DNA from: Ferroacidibacillus organovorans
GTDB lineage: Bacteria; Bacillota; Bacilli; Alicyclobacillales; SLC66
DNA length: 35,252 nt
NCBI RefSeq assembly: GCF_001642725.1
Contig: NZ_LSUQ01000027.1
Span: 1 to 35,252, forward strand
Direction of reading: 5' to 3'
The position numbers and the translations under genes were made by a program. Under the pieces are notes generated by a model. It made no database searches, was not told the DNA's origin, and saw only the letters and a program-made list of their open reading frames with translations. Every line of letters starts with the position of its first letter. The first letter of the stretch is position 1. Positions 33,934-35,252 of the stretch are shown piece after piece.

Positions 33934-35046
33934 TTATACACGATCAATGATTTGATATCCTTCACGCTGAAGCACAGAGAGTGCATCGTCGTGGAAATGG
34001 ATCTTATCAAATTGCAACAGCAGTTGACCGAGATCTTCTTCCCTGCTCTCTAGAATGCCGATGTTCCGAATGCTGATGTGATGATTCCCAAGGAGCATTG
34101 CAATGCGACCAATCATTCCCGGTTCGTCAGGTACGGAAACGGTCATGGCAAACACGGCGCGAATCGCGCCCGTAGAACGCGCAGGAAGCGCGTCGCGAAA
34201 CGTGCGCGCATCGTCAAAAAAATGATGGAGATGGGCCTTGTCGCTCGATGAAAGAAGTGCTTTAAGCGCGTTTACACGCGCAATAAAGTCGTCGAGCATC
34301 GGAAGAATCTCGGCTCTGTTCTCAAGGGTGATGTCACGCCACAGCGCTGGATCGGCCGAAGCAATGCGCGTAATGTCACGAAACCCGCCCGCTGCGAGCT
34401 CTGCGTAAGCAGCGTGTCGATCTGCCAAATCTTTGACCTGACTCACGAGTGTAGACGCGATCAGGTGAGGTACATGGCTAATCGCCGCGACAACACGATC
34501 GTGATCCACCGCATCCATAAAGCGCACGCGGCACCCCGCGCGTTTTAAAACGTCAGAAAATACACGCACTTGCACTTCCTGGGTGCTCTCTGGCGTGAGT
34601 ACATACACGGCGTTTTCAAGCAAGAGCGCATCTGCCGCATACACGCCGGATTTTTCCGACCCTGCCATCGGGTGACCGCCGAGAAACTGCGCATGGAGAC
34701 CGCACTGTTTGGCGCGATCAACGACACTGCTTTTTGTACTGCAGACATCGGTTATCAAAACATCGCGTGCGGCGAGATGAATGTTTTTTTGCACAAGTGG
34801 GAGCAGGTCGAGCACGACGGGAGACGGCGCCGCCAAAACGATGAGATCCGCGTGACGCAATGCGTCTTCTAACCGGTCAGCCGCCTCGTTTATGACACCG
34901 CGTTCACGCGCTGCGCGTAGCGCCTCGGGGTTTGCGTCATAGCCGATGACACGCGCTACGGCTCCTGTTTTTTGCAGAGCGAGACTCAGCGAACCACCAA
35001 TTAATCCACACCCGATCAGACACATGCGAGAAAACTGCGAATCCAA
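33934..35046 (-). CDS. tyrA: Prephenate dehydrogenase with C-terminal ACT domain
   Basis: IGCGLIGGS, TDVCSTK, GGHPMAGSE, HDRVVAAISHVPH, GGFRDITRIA, VPDEPG ACT domain. Confidence 0.97.
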   Translation of the reverse strand: MDSQFSRMCLIGCGLIGGSLSLALQKTGAVARVIGYDANPEALRAARERGVINEAADRLEDALRHADLIVLAAPSPVVLDLLPLVQKNIHLAARDVLITDVCSTKSSVVDRAKQCGLHAQFLGGHPMAGSEKSGVYAADALLLENAVYVLTPESTQEVQVRVFSDVLKRAGCRVRFMDAVDHDRVVAAISHVPHLIASTLVSQVKDLADRHAAYAELAAGGFRDITRIASADPALWRDITLENRAEILPMLDDFIARVNALKALLSSSDKAHLHHFFDDARTFRDALPARSTGAIRAVFAMTVSVPDEPGMIGRIAMLLGNHHISIRNIGILESREEDLGQLLLQFDKIHFHDDALSVLQREGYQIIDRV

Positions 35047-35106
35047 ACCGAACTTCCCCTTTATGCAACTGATTTGCCATATTCACATTTGTATCTGGTA
35101 TCGTGA

Positions 35107-35252
35107 TCATTCACAGGCGATTTTCGCGAGCGACTTTGCAAACGCGATAAGTTCATCTTGTTCGCGCTGCGCTCCGATTGAATCCCCATTCTGTATAGCT
35201 TCCGCAATCGCCGCACAGCGCCTGACCAGTGCGCTCCCGACGACGATGCCGT
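35107..35252 (-). CDS. trpA: Tryptophan synthase alpha chain, C-terminal end (partial, runs off the window)
   Basis: Manual translation (D)GIVVGSALVRRCAAIAEAIQNGDSIGAQREQDELIAFAKSLAKIACE-stop; synteny with tyrA. Confidence 0.85.
   Translation of the reverse strand, partial: GIVVGSALVRRCAAIAEAIQNGDSIGAQREQDELIAFAKSLAKIACE

Noticed and set aside
1329..34872. Many long antisense ORFs (e.g. 2104-2739, 2601-3299, 22248-23045, 25848-26477, 28094-28792)
   Set aside because: Shadow frames opposite well-supported genes, with no motifs or RBS.

Overview
Chromosomal window from an endospore-forming Bacillota, most likely an acidophile of the Alicyclobacillaceae type (inferred from gene content and synteny, not proven). 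From about 3.9 kb to the end it is a streamlined version of the Bacillales trpA-tyrA...ypiB-ypiF-ypjA-ypjC-ypjD-dapB-mgsA-bshA-birA-panBC-dinG-ypmAB-asnS-dnaD backbone, mostly on the minus strand. Additional genes include proBA, an FtsH paralogue, surE, mtaD/mtnP, ylbJ, uppP and ykvI. The first 3.5 kb is accessory and is the most interesting part. It holds a minus-strand operon encoding a Tat-exported cupredoxin, CoxB and the N-terminal part of CoxA. As far as I recall those sequences, all three resemble the AcoP(Cup)-CoxB-CoxA core of the Acidithiobacillus ferrooxidans iron-oxidation (rus) operon. The operon has a textbook class II Fnr/Crp promoter. coxA is interrupted by an IS110 element, whose transposase is in turn cut by an IS3-like end. 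Other signals absent from the ORF track are a ~71-nt candidate sRNA with its own sigmaA promoter, terminator and anti-Shine-Dalgarno tracts, a tandem 160-bp palindromic repeat with a compensatory base change, three small ORFs, and the absence of qcrABC from its usual locus.
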